This document shows positions 27,557-35,878 of a stretch of DNA of 64,000 bases, piece after piece (position 1 is the first letter of the stretch; every line of letters begins with the position of its first letter). This DNA comes from Bacteroidales bacterium. GTDB lineage: Bacteria; Bacteroidota; Bacteroidia; Bacteroidales; WCHB1-69. The stretch lies in the NCBI GenBank assembly GCA_017962845.1, contig JAGCUN010000012.1, positions 8,175 through 72,174 of the forward strand, written 5' to 3'. The translations under genes and the position numbers were made by a program. The notes below the pieces were generated by a model. It ran no database searches. It had not been told where the DNA came from and saw only the letters and a program-made list of their open reading frames with translations.

Positions 27557-27716
27557 AATTGCCCTGTTATTTGCCGCGATAATGTCCCAATCCGCGCCCT
27601 GAAAGGGCGCAAGAAAATAGCCGCAGGTAAGGCCGTTAGGCTGCCGCCTGTGGTGAATGGATACCCGCCCCTTCCGCAACAGCATGGAATATGCCGACAC
27701 CGCCCCGTGGCTCGGT

Positions 27717-27799
27717 CGCGGCAGGGATAGGAGCGGCACGAGCGAAGCGAGTACAGCGGATAGCCCGACGGCGACCGCAGGGAGCCGGGCCGCCCAAAA
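27717..27799. repeat. 83-bp GC-rich repeat, copy B
   Basis: Near-identical to 24801-24883. Lies 3' of ORF6N paralog 2. Confidence 0.9.
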
Positions 27800-27853
27800 G
27801 AAAAAAATGACAGTCCTATATGAAGTAAAGATGGGAGTGAATAGAGAGATGCG

Positions 27854-28771
27854 CTACTCCTTCAAAAATGACAACACCATCTCGGGGGTAAAATCTACTT
27901 TGATGATGGTGCAGAGACCGTGCCCCATGTCCTTGACAGATGCACCGAGCAACCATACTTCGTCGTCTATAATCAGATAGCGGTCGTGGATATGCAGCGG
28001 AAGCTGAATCTTCTTGATCTCTGCATTTTGCTTGTTATGTTTCTCAAAGTCCAATTCCGTCTGCTTGCTGAAGCGAGTATGCACTGTGCATTCAACACCA
28101 GAGGCTCGCTTGTCGAGTAAGAGCAAGGTGCGCTCGTCCACATAGTTGTCAATAAGGATAATGCGCTGCTGGGCACGCCTCACCAAACTGCTTAAGAAAG
28201 AGTAGGCATCCCAAACGCAGCCTGTGCCAAATAATTCTTCGGTTGTAGCTGCGGGCGACAGTTCCTCAATCTTGTCCAATACCACATCAAGTTTCTTGTC
28301 GGTCTCTATTTGCTTCTGTTCCAATACGCCAACGCGTTGAAACAACCCGGCGTTTGCGGTGATAAAGCGACGCATGGCTACAAAGGCACGCATGATTTTA
28401 ACACTGATATCTTCAGCCAAAGCATTGTGCAGCACACCACTCAATTGAGAGACCCCTTGCTCAGTAAACACATACGGAAGAGCTCGACGATCACCGCCTC
28501 TGACGTTTGAAATGCCAAATTGGCATTTCAAAGACTCCCATTCCTTTTTGGTCAACTGGAACATGAAATCCTCTGGAAAACGACCGATATTGCGTTTTAC
28601 TTGTCTGTTTAGCTTTGCTGTTTCCACTTTGTAAAACACAGCCAAGTCCCTGTCCAGCATCACCTGAACACCTCGGATCATGAATATTCTGGCCTGAATC
28701 TCTGCGAGCGACACGGGCTGACTATCGTGAAACACAACGGATTTGATATCATTGGTTTGATTCTCTTTCAT
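27854..28771 (-). CDS. ORF6N domain protein with C-terminal PLD-like (HxR variant) module, paralog 2
   Basis: 305 aa. The C-terminal ~170 aa and the first ~45 aa are nearly identical to paralog 1, while the middle of the ORF6N domain has diverged. Confidence 0.8.
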   Translation of the reverse strand: MKENQTNDIKSVVFHDSQPVSLAEIQARIFMIRGVQVMLDRDLAVFYKVETAKLNRQVKRNIGRFPEDFMFQLTKKEWESLKCQFGISNVRGGDRRALPYVFTEQGVSQLSGVLHNALAEDISVKIMRAFVAMRRFITANAGLFQRVGVLEQKQIETDKKLDVVLDKIEELSPAATTEELFGTGCVWDAYSFLSSLVRRAQQRIILIDNYVDERTLLLLDKRASGVECTVHTRFSKQTELDFEKHNKQNAEIKKIQLPLHIHDRYLIIDDEVWLLGASVKDMGHGLCTIIKVDFTPEMVLSFLKE

Positions 28772-28835
28772 GGTGCAAAAGTACGATTTTTATTTCATAT
28801 AATAGCAATTTATTATATAAAATTTAACTTTTATA

Positions 28836-28918
28836 CGCGGCAGGGATAGGAGCGAGCACGAGCGCAGCGAGTAAAGCGTATAGCCCGACGGCGACCGCAG
28901 GGATCCGGGCCGCCCAAA
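28836..28918. repeat. 83-bp GC-rich repeat, copy C
   Basis: Near-identical to copy A, at the same 65-nt distance upstream of the paralog's ATG. Confidence 0.9.
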
Positions 28919-28943
28919 TAATAATCAATCAAGAATTTATCCC

Positions 28944-31067
28944 TTAGTATCTCGGCTTCACGCCCATGTTGTAGAAGATGAACGAGAAGATGTCCACCAC
29001 CTCTTCGATGGTTTTGTCGAGGGGCTTGCCGCCGCCATGGCCAGCATTGCTCTCGATGCGGATGAGGTGCGGTTTGTCGCCGATCTTGCTGCTCTGCAAG
29101 GCCGCCGCGTACTTGAAGGAGTGCGCCGGCACCACACGGTCGTCGTGGTCGGCGGTAGTGACCAAGACAGCAGGATACCTTACGCCATCGCGGATGGAGT
29201 GCAGCGGCGAGTACTTGCGCAGGTACTCGAACATCTCTTTGCTGTCTTCGCTGGTGCCGTAATCCACCGCCCAGTAGCGGCCGATGGTGAACTTGTGGTA
29301 GCGCAGCATGTCCATGACGCCCACCTGCGGGATGGCCACCGCAAAAAGGTCGGGGCGCTGGTTGATGACGGCGCCCACCAGCAGTCCGCCGTTGGAACCG
29401 CCCTGCAACGCCAACATTTTCTTGCTGGTATAGCCCTGCTTGATGAGGTACTCGGCGGCGGCGATACAGTCGTCGAACACATTCTGTTTCTGCAACTTAG
29501 TACCCGCCTCGTGCCAAGCGCGGCCATACTCGCCTCCGCCTCGCAGGTTGGCCACTGCCAGCACACCGCCCTGCTCCAGCCACGCGATGCGGGTGACGCT
29601 GAAACTGGGCGTGAGCGAGATGTTGAAACCGCCATAGCCGTACAACAGCGTCGGGTTGCTACCGTCCATCTTAATGCCCTTCTTGTGGGTGATGAAAATC
29701 GGGACTTGCGTGCCGTCTTTGGAGGTGTAGAACTTCTGCTCGGTGACGTATTCGTCTGAGTTAAAGTTGATTTCGGACTTTTTGTACAGCGTGGATTTGT
29801 TGTTCTTGACATCGTAGCGGTAGATGTTGGCCGGCGTGATGTAGGAGGTAACGGTGTAGAAGGTCTCCTCATCGTCGGGCTCGCCGCTGAAGCCGCCGAT
29901 AGAGCCGATGATGTCGTTGTCGAGGTTGGCGATGAAACGGCCGCTCTCATCGAAGATCTTCACCAGCGAGCGGGCATCTTTCGTGTAGTTGGCGATGAGA
30001 CGATGGCCGACATGGCTCACACCCGCCAGCACCTCTTTGGCGGCGGGGATGACATCCTTCCAGTTCTTGGCGGCGGGCTTGTCCATCGGGATGCTCACCA
30101 CCTTGTACTCGGGAGCGTTGTGGTTGGTCATGACGATGAGGTTGCCGTTCATCTCGTCGATGACCCCGTAATCGTCGTCGAAGTTGTCCACCACCTTCAC
30201 AAACTTGGCGTTTTTCTTGTCCAAATCCTTAAAATACAAACAATTGCCCGATGTTGAAACACTGCCGTAAATCACCAAATAGCGTTTGTTAACCACCTCG
30301 GCCGAGAAACTCAGGTCGGGGTTGGTGGGGTCTTCGTAGGCCAGCTGGTCGTCTTTCTGGTCGGTGCCGACCTTGTGGTAATAGAGCTTGCCGTTCTCGT
30401 TCACGCCCGACAGTTCGTTCTGGGGCTCGGGGAATCGGCTGTAGAAGAAGCCATTGTCTTTCCAGGCGATGCCGGAGAATTTCACCCACACGAGGTGGTC
30501 GGCCAGCACCTCGCCGGTGGCGATGTTCTTGACGAAAATCTCCTGCCAGTCGCTGCCGTTGCGCGAGATGGCGTAGCCGAGGTAGTTGCCGTCGTCGGAG
30601 ATGCCGAGGGTGGAGAGCGCCACGGTGCCGTCGGAAGAGAGTTTGTTGGGGTCGAGCAGCTCAACGGGCTCACCATCCAAACTGTTCTTGTAGTAGAGCA
30701 CGCTCTGGTTCTGCAATCCATTGTTGCGATAGAAGAAGTAGCGGTCGCCCTTCTTCCACGGAGCGCCCTCTTTCGGGTAGTTCATGATCTCCATCAGGTG
30801 TTTTTTCATCTGCTGGCGGTACGGAATCTGTGCCAAGTAGTTTTGTGTCAGTTTGTTCTGCGCTTTCACCCAGTTGGCAGTCTGCTCGGAGTAGTCGTCC
30901 TCCAACCAGCGGTAGGGGTCGGGCACGGCCGTTCCGAAATAGTGATCTACAGTGTCGCATCTTTGAGTCTGCGGGTACCGGATGCGCATGTTAGAAAGGT
31001 TTTGTGCAAAAGTATTAGACATAAAAATTACACTTAAAGCAATGACAATCAAGATATTTCTTTTCAT
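28944..31067 (-). CDS. Prolyl oligopeptidase (S9A family)
   Basis: Signal peptide from ATG 31067. Beta-propeller region, then the catalytic domain with GGSNGGLLVGA, ADHDDRV and NAGHGGG. Confidence 0.9.
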   Translation of the reverse strand: MKRNILIVIALSVIFMSNTFAQNLSNMRIRYPQTQRCDTVDHYFGTAVPDPYRWLEDDYSEQTANWVKAQNKLTQNYLAQIPYRQQMKKHLMEIMNYPKEGAPWKKGDRYFFYRNNGLQNQSVLYYKNSLDGEPVELLDPNKLSSDGTVALSTLGISDDGNYLGYAISRNGSDWQEIFVKNIATGEVLADHLVWVKFSGIAWKDNGFFYSRFPEPQNELSGVNENGKLYYHKVGTDQKDDQLAYEDPTNPDLSFSAEVVNKRYLVIYGSVSTSGNCLYFKDLDKKNAKFVKVVDNFDDDYGVIDEMNGNLIVMTNHNAPEYKVVSIPMDKPAAKNWKDVIPAAKEVLAGVSHVGHRLIANYTKDARSLVKIFDESGRFIANLDNDIIGSIGGFSGEPDDEETFYTVTSYITPANIYRYDVKNNKSTLYKKSEINFNSDEYVTEQKFYTSKDGTQVPIFITHKKGIKMDGSNPTLLYGYGGFNISLTPSFSVTRIAWLEQGGVLAVANLRGGGEYGRAWHEAGTKLQKQNVFDDCIAAAEYLIKQGYTSKKMLALQGGSNGGLLVGAVINQRPDLFAVAIPQVGVMDMLRYHKFTIGRYWAVDYGTSEDSKEMFEYLRKYSPLHSIRDGVRYPAVLVTTADHDDRVVPAHSFKYAAALQSSKIGDKPHLIRIESNAGHGGGKPLDKTIEEVVDIFSFIFYNMGVKPRY

Positions 31068-31159
31068 TATAAGAAGATATTTAAAGATTAAATTTTCAGA
31101 TTGCAAAGATAGCAAAAAAGAGATTTTTCACTATTTTTGCGGCTTAAAAATTCCTGTTT

Positions 31160-32881
31160 ATGTCCAAGTATTTTTTTGCTTTGTTGATGATGCTCACCTT
31201 GGCTGTCATGCCCGCCACGGCCTGCACCAACTTGATTGTGGGCAAGAAGGCCTCCGCTGACGGCAGCGTGATGTGTACCTATAATTGCGACGGTTTCGGC
31301 TTTTCCGGCTCGCTGTTCTACTCTCCGGGTGGCCGCCACGCGCCGGGCGAGAAGATCGCCATCCACGGCTGGGGTCCCAGTCACGAGGGGCGCTACGTGG
31401 ACCAAGTGGAATACACCTACAATGTGGTCGGACTGATGAACGAGCATCAGGTGACGATTGTAGAAACCACCTTCGACGGCCGGCTGGAACTGCAGAACAA
31501 TTACGGGCTGCTCGACTATTTCAGTCTGATGCGCCTTGCCCTGCAGCGCTCGGCCACCGCCCGCGAGGCCATTCGCTGCATGGCCGAACTGATGGAACAA
31601 TATGGGTACAACAGCACCGGCGAGAGCATCACCATCTGCGACCCCAACGAGGCTTGGATCATGGAGGTGGTGGGGAAAGGACCCTGGCGGAACGGTGCCG
31701 TGTGGGTAGCCCTGCGCATTCCCGACGACTGCATCTGCGCCCACGCCAACCTCAGCCGCATCCGGCAGTTCCCCCAAGAACCCGTAGGGGCGAAAAATTT
31801 TTCGCAAAAAAAATCCCCCAAAGCCATTAGCAGCCAACATCTGCAATACATCAACCTCCCTGAGGTGGAGTGTGTGTATGCGGCAGATGTCATCACCTTC
31901 GCCCGTGAGATGAGGTGGTTCAGCGGCAAGGATGAGGATTTCTCGTTCCGCGATGCCTACTGTCCCATCGACTTCGAGAACGTGCGCTATGCCGATGCCC
32001 GCGTGTGGAGTTTCTTCCGCCACCACCGCACCGACATGGACCAGTATCTGCCCTATGTCAACGGCGATTTCGAGCAGTGCGACCACCTGCCGCTGTGGGT
32101 GAAGCCCGATAAACCGCTCTCACTTCGTGATTTACAGCGCGACATGCGCGACCACTTTGAGGGCACACCACTCGATATGACCGCCGACATGACCGCCGGT
32201 CCGTGGGGGATGCCTATCCGTCCGCTGCCGATGCACTTCAAGGCCAGCGACAGCACCGACTATTTCCGTGAGCGGCCCATCGCCACGCAGCAGTCGGGGT
32301 TTACCATGACCTGCCAGATGCGCTCGTGGCTGCCCGATGATGTGGGTGGCGTGACGTGGTTCAACTGCGATGATGCCGACATGGTGGCCTACGTGCCGCT
32401 CTATTGCTGCATCACGCAGGTGCCCGACTGTTTCCGTCCCGAGAACAACCCGCGCAATGAGTTCAGCTTCGAGTCGGCATTCTGGATGAACAACTGGGTG
32501 GCCAACATGGTGTATCCGCGCTACTCGATGATGATTGGCGACCTGCGGGCGGCACAGAACGAGCTGGAGGACTACTACTACGCTGATCAGGAGGAGGTGC
32601 TGGCGGCCGTGGAGAAGATGACCCCGGCAGACCGCCGCGAGTATCTCAACGGCAAGAGCATCGCCTACGCCGAGCGGATGATGACGCGCTGGGATGAGTT
32701 GGCCAAATTCTTGATTGTCAGATACAACGACCAAATCCAGCGGAAGGTGGACGAAAACAGCAACTTCCTGCGGTGGGGCTACGAGACGCCCGGCTACGAC
32801 CAGCAGTTTATCGACGCCATCGCCCCCGCCACCGGCGACCGCTACCGCCTCGACAAGGTGATTGAGCGGAGAGAACGGTGA
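31160..32881 (+). CDS. C69 family dipeptidase
   Basis: Signal peptide followed by the N-terminal nucleophile context PATACTNLIVGKKASADGS, typical of C69. Confidence 0.85.
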   Translation: MSKYFFALLMMLTLAVMPATACTNLIVGKKASADGSVMCTYNCDGFGFSGSLFYSPGGRHAPGEKIAIHGWGPSHEGRYVDQVEYTYNVVGLMNEHQVTIVETTFDGRLELQNNYGLLDYFSLMRLALQRSATAREAIRCMAELMEQYGYNSTGESITICDPNEAWIMEVVGKGPWRNGAVWVALRIPDDCICAHANLSRIRQFPQEPVGAKNFSQKKSPKAISSQHLQYINLPEVECVYAADVITFAREMRWFSGKDEDFSFRDAYCPIDFENVRYADARVWSFFRHHRTDMDQYLPYVNGDFEQCDHLPLWVKPDKPLSLRDLQRDMRDHFEGTPLDMTADMTAGPWGMPIRPLPMHFKASDSTDYFRERPIATQQSGFTMTCQMRSWLPDDVGGVTWFNCDDADMVAYVPLYCCITQVPDCFRPENNPRNEFSFESAFWMNNWVANMVYPRYSMMIGDLRAAQNELEDYYYADQEEVLAAVEKMTPADRREYLNGKSIAYAERMMTRWDELAKFLIVRYNDQIQRKVDENSNFLRWGYETPGYDQQFIDAIAPATGDRYRLDKVIERRER

Positions 32882-32939
32882 GGGAAACTGAAAACTGAGA
32901 ATTGAAAATGGGAAATTGAAAACTGAAAGAGATTTTTTG

Positions 32940-32947
32940 TACTTTTG
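32940..32947 (+). promoter_or_regulatory. -7 promoter box TACTTTTG for the 33000 gene
   Basis: Exact TAnnTTTG, 53 nt upstream of the ATG. Confidence 0.5.
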
Positions 32948-32999
32948 CCGTTCATAATAATTTAGAAAACACAAAACCCTCTTCATAAAAACGACCATT

Positions 33000-33707
33000 A
33001 TGGAAAATCAGAAGTCTAACGCCAAAATGTATGTAACCTTTTTCGCCATCAGTATTATTCTTTTTGCGACGGCGGCAATGATTGGTCTCTCCATCAACGT
33101 CTCAAAAGACCACCTGAATGCGGTGACCTCCGCTGGCGAGGCCATTCATCGCAGTTGTGTGAATACCGAAGAAATGGTGTATCAGGAGTATGCGCAACTG
33201 TTGGAAGCACAGGATACTACATTCAATCCCAATATGGAGCAACTCCGCAATTTGTCGTCCGACCTGATCAGTTACATTCAGCACCTGCGCTATGAGATGA
33301 TTCAATATGTGGATGGAAAGCAGGCCGCTGCCGACAATGCCCACGAATTCATGGGTGGCGTGCCGTATGTCAGTGCGAGCGCGATCATGAACAAGGACAA
33401 TGTGGATGCCCAGATGCAGTTCATGTTGGGGAGCCAGCCCACCAGTCGAGCTACCGAGTTAAAGAACAAAATCAACGAGTATAAATCGGCTGTGTTACAA
33501 CTGGTTCCGACTGAAAAGCGCAGTGCAGTGGAAAAGAAATTGGCCTTCCTTTCTACCGCCAATGTTTACGACCGTCGTAATGAAAGAGAGGAGTCGTGGG
33601 AGGAATTTATGTTTCAATATACTTTAGCCAGTGCTGCAGCCATGGAGTTGGAGACTTTGTCATTGGATGTTCTTTCGGCAGAATTAATTATTTTGAAAAA
33701 TTTATAA
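33000..33707 (+). CDS. GldM N-terminal-domain-like membrane-anchored protein (235 aa, lacks GldM C-terminal domains)
   Basis: A single N-terminal TM helix followed by a helical region. Spacing resembles GldM_N (..YIQHLRYEMI.., ..WEEFMFQYTLASAAAMELETLSLDVLSAE..). Confidence 0.45.
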   Translation: MENQKSNAKMYVTFFAISIILFATAAMIGLSINVSKDHLNAVTSAGEAIHRSCVNTEEMVYQEYAQLLEAQDTTFNPNMEQLRNLSSDLISYIQHLRYEMIQYVDGKQAAADNAHEFMGGVPYVSASAIMNKDNVDAQMQFMLGSQPTSRATELKNKINEYKSAVLQLVPTEKRSAVEKKLAFLSTANVYDRRNEREESWEEFMFQYTLASAAAMELETLSLDVLSAELIILKNL

Positions 33708-33720
33708 ATAACTTATTGAT

Positions 33721-33894
33721 ATGAAACACTTTATTTGCATTTTCGGAGCCATCACTTTCGTCCTGTTAGACCTTGGTCTGTTGTTTAAAATCATGCACTA
33801 CCCCGGCGCTGCTGTCATGATTCTGCTGTCGATGGGCGCCCTGCTTCCTGTATTTACTATCTGTACCGCCATCTATGTGGCTATGAAAAAGTAA
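33721..33894 (+). CDS. GldL-like mini membrane protein (57 aa; not in the ORF track)
   Basis: MKHFICIFGAITFVLLDLGLLFKIMHYPGAAVMILLSMGALLPVFTICTAIYVAMKK. The LFKIMH(Y/W)PGA motif between two TM helices is characteristic of the GldL N-terminus and related small proteins. Confidence 0.45.
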   Translation: MKHFICIFGAITFVLLDLGLLFKIMHYPGAAVMILLSMGALLPVFTICTAIYVAMKK

Positions 33895-33981
33895 ATCTTT
33901 TCATCCTTTTTTTCTCTTGGTTTTAATATTTTGAGAAAAAATAGTGTCTAAAGGATTATTGTGTTTAAATTTTTTTTAGCA

Positions 33982-35262
33982 ATGAAAAGAATCGTTTTGG
34001 TATGGATGGTTGCCGGCATGATGATGTCGGGCAGCTTGTTTGGACAACCAACATTACAACTTCAAAAGGCTGAATCAAAGGCTTTTGTGAAAGATACCGT
34101 GGTGGATCCCACCCCGCATCCTATCCACCTGTCTGATGCACAGAAAGCATTTGTGGACGGCAACAATGCCTTCACCCTCAATTTCTTGAAAACCGTCAAC
34201 GCTACCGATGCCGCCGACAAGAGTTTTATCTACTCGCCACTGAGTATCACCTATGTGCTCAGCATGGTGAACGACGCCTCAGTGGGCAAAACCGAGAAGG
34301 AACTGGAGAGAGTGTTGGGCTTCGGTGAGGGTGGCATCTTATCAGTGAATGAATTTTGTAAGACTTTGATTGACAGTCTGCCCAATGTAGACCGGCAGGT
34401 GCAGTTGCATATTGCCAACGCAATTTTTGTAAACCAACACAATCAGCTGAAGGATCAATTCCAGCGCGAAATGCGGAAATATTATGGCGCCATGGCCGAG
34501 TCGTTAGACTTCACATCGCAGGCCTCCCTCAACCGCATCAACGGCTGGTGCAACGCCAGAACCAAAGGGATGATCCCCGAGATTTTGGAAAAACTGGATC
34601 CCGCCGTCATTTCGTACCTGCTGAATGCTATTTATTTCAAGGCCGGATGGACCAACGAGTTTAGTGAAAGCCTTACCCGCAACGAGGTTTTCAACGCGCC
34701 GAAAGGGAAGAAGGAACTGCCGATGATGCATCAGGAAAACCACTTCCGGTATGCGAAAACCGATGTTTTCGCCTTGGTGGACCTTCCTTACAGCAACCAG
34801 ATGTGGAGCATGACGGTGATGCTGCCTGAGCCTGGCAAAAGCACCAACGATGTCATCAACTATCTGGTAGAAAACGGCTTGACCCCCTGCCTCAAGAGCG
34901 CCTACTCGCAGAAAGTGGATCTGAAGCTGCCCCGCTTTGAGACGGAGTCGGAGACCGAAGATTTGATAGAAACGCTGAAAACGATGGGCATCACCCGCGT
35001 TTTCACCGACGGCCTGGCCGAGATCCCGAACATGTGCGATGTGAGTGTGTATATCGGCATGATGTTGCAGAAGGCCCGTATCAAGGTGAACGAAAGCGGT
35101 TCGGAGGCGGCAGCTGTTACCGTGGCCGGCATGATGAAATGCACCTCAGTGCCTCGTCCGGAGCCGCCCGTGGTCTTCCACGCCGACCGGCCGTTTGTGT
35201 ATGTCATCCGCGAAGCCTCCACGGGAGTGATTCTCTTTGTGGGCAAATATGCGGGAGAGTAA
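33982..35262 (+). CDS. Serpin family serine protease inhibitor
   Basis: NAIYFKAGW, reactive-centre hinge GSEAAAVTVAGMM, PFVYVIRE. Signal peptide from ATG 33982. Confidence 0.85.
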   Translation: MKRIVLVWMVAGMMMSGSLFGQPTLQLQKAESKAFVKDTVVDPTPHPIHLSDAQKAFVDGNNAFTLNFLKTVNATDAADKSFIYSPLSITYVLSMVNDASVGKTEKELERVLGFGEGGILSVNEFCKTLIDSLPNVDRQVQLHIANAIFVNQHNQLKDQFQREMRKYYGAMAESLDFTSQASLNRINGWCNARTKGMIPEILEKLDPAVISYLLNAIYFKAGWTNEFSESLTRNEVFNAPKGKKELPMMHQENHFRYAKTDVFALVDLPYSNQMWSMTVMLPEPGKSTNDVINYLVENGLTPCLKSAYSQKVDLKLPRFETESETEDLIETLKTMGITRVFTDGLAEIPNMCDVSVYIGMMLQKARIKVNESGSEAAAVTVAGMMKCTSVPRPEPPVVFHADRPFVYVIREASTGVILFVGKYAGE

Positions 35263-35294
35263 GCGTGGAGAGATGTCACCTTTGGGATAACATA

Positions 35295-35328
35295 GAACGA
35301 CGAACTGGAAAGTTCGCCGTTCTTTTTG
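35295..35328 (+). terminator. Intrinsic terminator of the serpin gene
   Basis: 12-bp stem with one mismatch (GAACGACGAACT/AGTTCGCCGTTC), GGAA loop, T5. Confidence 0.6.
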
Positions 35329-35345
35329 TTGCTTAGTTTGGTTGC

Positions 35346-35459
35346 TTAATCGTCATTCCCTTCCCGGCAATGGTCATATTCGTCATTGTTGGGGTTTAGT
35401 TGGTTGGCGTGATTGTCATAATCCGCTTCACAATGGTCCGCATCAGTATTCCAAGACAT
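35346..35459 (-). CDS. Micro-ORF, 37 aa, acidic (MSWNTDADHCEADYDNHANQLNPNNDEYDHCREGNDD)
   Basis: ATG preceded at 9-nt spacing by GGAGG within the duplicated leader CATAACGAAAGGAGGTAT. Last gene of the minus-strand operon. Confidence 0.4.
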   Translation of the reverse strand: MSWNTDADHCEADYDNHANQLNPNNDEYDHCREGNDD

Positions 35460-35496
35460 AGTTTTATACCTCCTTTCGTTATGGGTTGAAAATTAG

Positions 35497-35604
35497 TTAC
35501 TTTTTTGGTGGGTTGTTATTTCTTCCACCACCAGAAGGATTGTGAGTGCCGTTCTTCGTCGGCCAGCCGCCTTTGCCCTTTTGCGCAATATGGATGATTT
35601 GCAT
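35497..35604 (-). CDS. Micro-ORF, 35 aa, basic Gly/Asn-rich (MQIIHIAQKGKGGWPTKNGTHNPSGGGRNNNPPKK)
   Basis: ATG preceded at 9-nt spacing by GGAGG within the same duplicated leader. Confidence 0.4.
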   Translation of the reverse strand: MQIIHIAQKGKGGWPTKNGTHNPSGGGRNNNPPKK

Positions 35605-35639
35605 TGCTTGATACCTCCTTTCGTTATGTTTGATTTTTT

Positions 35640-35837
35640 TTACTTCTTTGTCGTTTTCTGTGCCAGAACACTAGAGAGTTCTCTTTGACAGTCTTTCTGG
35701 CGTTCCCACTGTTTGGGTGTTTTGTCAGGAATTTTCTGTAATTGTTGGATAGTGTTTTTGTGAGCTTTGATGTAAGCCTCACTTGTTGGATTCAATACTT
35801 CTGACCTTTGGTCGTTGGGAGTTGGTTGTTTTTTCAT
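35640..35837 (-). CDS. Small basic protein, 65 aa
   Basis: ORF starts 41 nt downstream of the 756-aa gene's stop, on the same strand. Contains NDQRSEVLNPTSEAY, related to DNHANQLNPNNDEY in the 37-aa ORF. Confidence 0.45.
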   Translation of the reverse strand: MKKQPTPNDQRSEVLNPTSEAYIKAHKNTIQQLQKIPDKTPKQWERQKDCQRELSSVLAQKTTKK

Positions 35838-35878
35838 GATAAGATAATTTAATTAATGAATTGGGTATAGTGTGTTTT

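Noticed and set aside
24801-28918. 83-bp direct repeats as a possible CRISPR array
   Set aside because: There are only three copies, with spacings of about 2.8 kb and 1.0 kb that contain full genes. The repeat is far longer than CRISPR repeats, and no cas genes are present.
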